A stretch of DNA of 64,000 nucleotides from Takakia lepidozioides (lineage: Eukaryota > Plantae > Bryophyta). The DNA is taken from contig CM060734.1 of assembly GCA_030704615.1 (NCBI GenBank), positions 53,072,001 through 53,136,000 of the forward strand, written 5' to 3'. Positions within the stretch are counted from its first letter, which is position 1, and each line of letters starts with the position of its first letter. Shown piece by piece: positions 62,415 through 64,000 of the stretch. Below the pieces are notes generated by a model. It was not told the origin of the DNA. It worked only from the letters and a program-made list of their open reading frames with translations, and searched no databases. A program made the translations under genes and the position numbers.

Positions 62415-64000
62415 CTTGGACAGCTACAGAACAGTACACAGACTTCAACCCGCAGAAAGATCTCAACCCAGTGGAGTACACAGTCGAGAGAGATGAAACG
62501 AAGTTGCAGCTACAGCCTTGAGATATGGAGACAGAGAAGAGTTCGTGTTTATATAGGAGCTGGGGTAGACGGAACCTTCACAGACCCCAGCTTACCCACC
62601 GCGTGACCGCCCAGTTAATATTACGGCAGGGTGGTGCCAGGTTTGACTTAAGAAGACTGAATTGAAAGCATCATTGATGTACCAGACAAATGTCAACCCC
62701 AAACCATTGGTGCTACATCCTGAAATAGGAGGGCCTTTACGCAGCTCGGGGTCCCTGTTAATGTAATGGCTCTCACAAGTTTCGCATTACCCGATTATGC
62801 ACCCGACTTCGCCTCCGGTGACTCCGCAGACTTGAATTCAGTGTAACACATTGGCATGTCTTGCAGATTAACTTGTCATGTGAGAATCGCTCAACGTTCC
62901 TAGTTCCTACAGGGTTTTGGCAGTCATGATGATATCGAGGTGAGATTGATGGTGGATTAGTTGCTGATGCACAGAAGAAGCATCAACAGGTAGGATTTGA
63001 TAACACAGCGTCCCACCGAAACGTGATATATATCCGGACGATAATGTTTACTCCAGGCTTGAAATGAGGCTTCACAGGCGAAGTTTTCTCGACCTGCGAG
63101 ATCATGAACTGAAACTCGGAGGTTCTTACAAAGAGATGCAAATATCACATGAAAAACCCGCGAACATGAACCGTAGATGTAGTAATTAATAGAACAGCTG
63201 GCTGAGATGAAAATTTTACTAAGCCCCCTAGGGATAAAACTGCAAGTTCGTGTTCAAAATAGTTGATGGTTCTTATGCGCTAAAGGAGTGAGCGGTGACT
63301 GAAGCACTGTAGATGATGAGAAAGAAGGTAGTTAGAGACCAGCCGAGGTGGCGCCGCTGAGACTGTTTAGATCATAATTTGTGGACCAAGAGAACGCAAC
63401 GTGGAGATGTAGAGCAGTAAATACCGTGGATTGCGTGAGAGAATTAGTAACGGGATTAGTCACTTAGCCACCGAGTGAATCTGATCATGGGTTGTATGAA
63501 CGTCATGTATTATGAAGCAATGAGAGAAGTGGAAACAGTAGATTTGTACACGATGTGTCACCTGTCTTTGCGTAGTCATTGCATAGTGTGAACGCTGTAA
63601 GTTGTGAGCAAAGTTTAGACAGATCTCAGAGTACTCAGTATGTAGAAATAGCTCAGAAATGACGGCCTTGAGAGTGCATGACAGACTGGTTTAGAACATG
63701 ATTGAAATCAAACACTAATGTGTAATGAGCGCGAGCATCTAGACAGCAGCGGCGAATTGTGAATCGTCACTGTGGGCAGAGATTGGTAGAATACATAGTT
63801 GTGAGGACTGTGAAATCTAGGGAAGCGTTGATCAGATTAACACCGCTGAACCTGGTGTAGCTCAGTGAGGGATGGCAAACTAAACGTTGGTCAGATTAAC
63901 ACCGCTGAACCTGGTGTATCTCAGTGAGGGATGGCAAAGTGCAGGTGCTCGGACTCTCGTGGCCGGCCTACACGGGATGGTATGTCGCGCAATCATGCAC

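Overview
Nuclear DNA of a land plant, most likely a non-seed plant such as a bryophyte (inferred from type-D nsLTPs, the PLS-DYW style and a DIRS-type element; not proven). The main observation is a local family of PLS-class PPR(-E-DYW) RNA-editing-factor genes: two intact ORFs at 12249-15176 (+) and 31452-33369 (-), one copy with a decayed DYW domain at 7147-9358 (+), and an inverted pseudogene at 1396-4018 (-). All four are preceded by small spliced exons encoding the 'PDF' motif (LW..FF.DP.QWWDNR..K | ..P..PDFKHK....LW......P.WV...L), which is the ssDNA-binding module of plant organellar OSB/PTAC9 proteins. In-frame splice solutions fuse these motifs to the PPR tract. Other genes: a secreted Gly/Pro-rich (FPGYPSGG)n gene missed by the ORF track (1116 to beyond base 1, -), five near-identical type-D lipid-transfer-protein genes in rearranged arrays including a base-perfect 3010-bp inversion, a complete ACH2-like peroxisomal cNMP/acyl-CoA thioesterase II gene ending in SKL, and a non-RD G-type lectin S-domain receptor kinase. 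A MIRNA-like hairpin lies just downstream of a PPR-DYW gene and is partly complementary to it. Mobile elements: a decayed DIRS-type tyrosine-recombinase retroelement, a Ty1/copia element with a nested solo LTR, and a TA-flanked TIR element. Exon models were read by eye from splice signals and have no transcript support.
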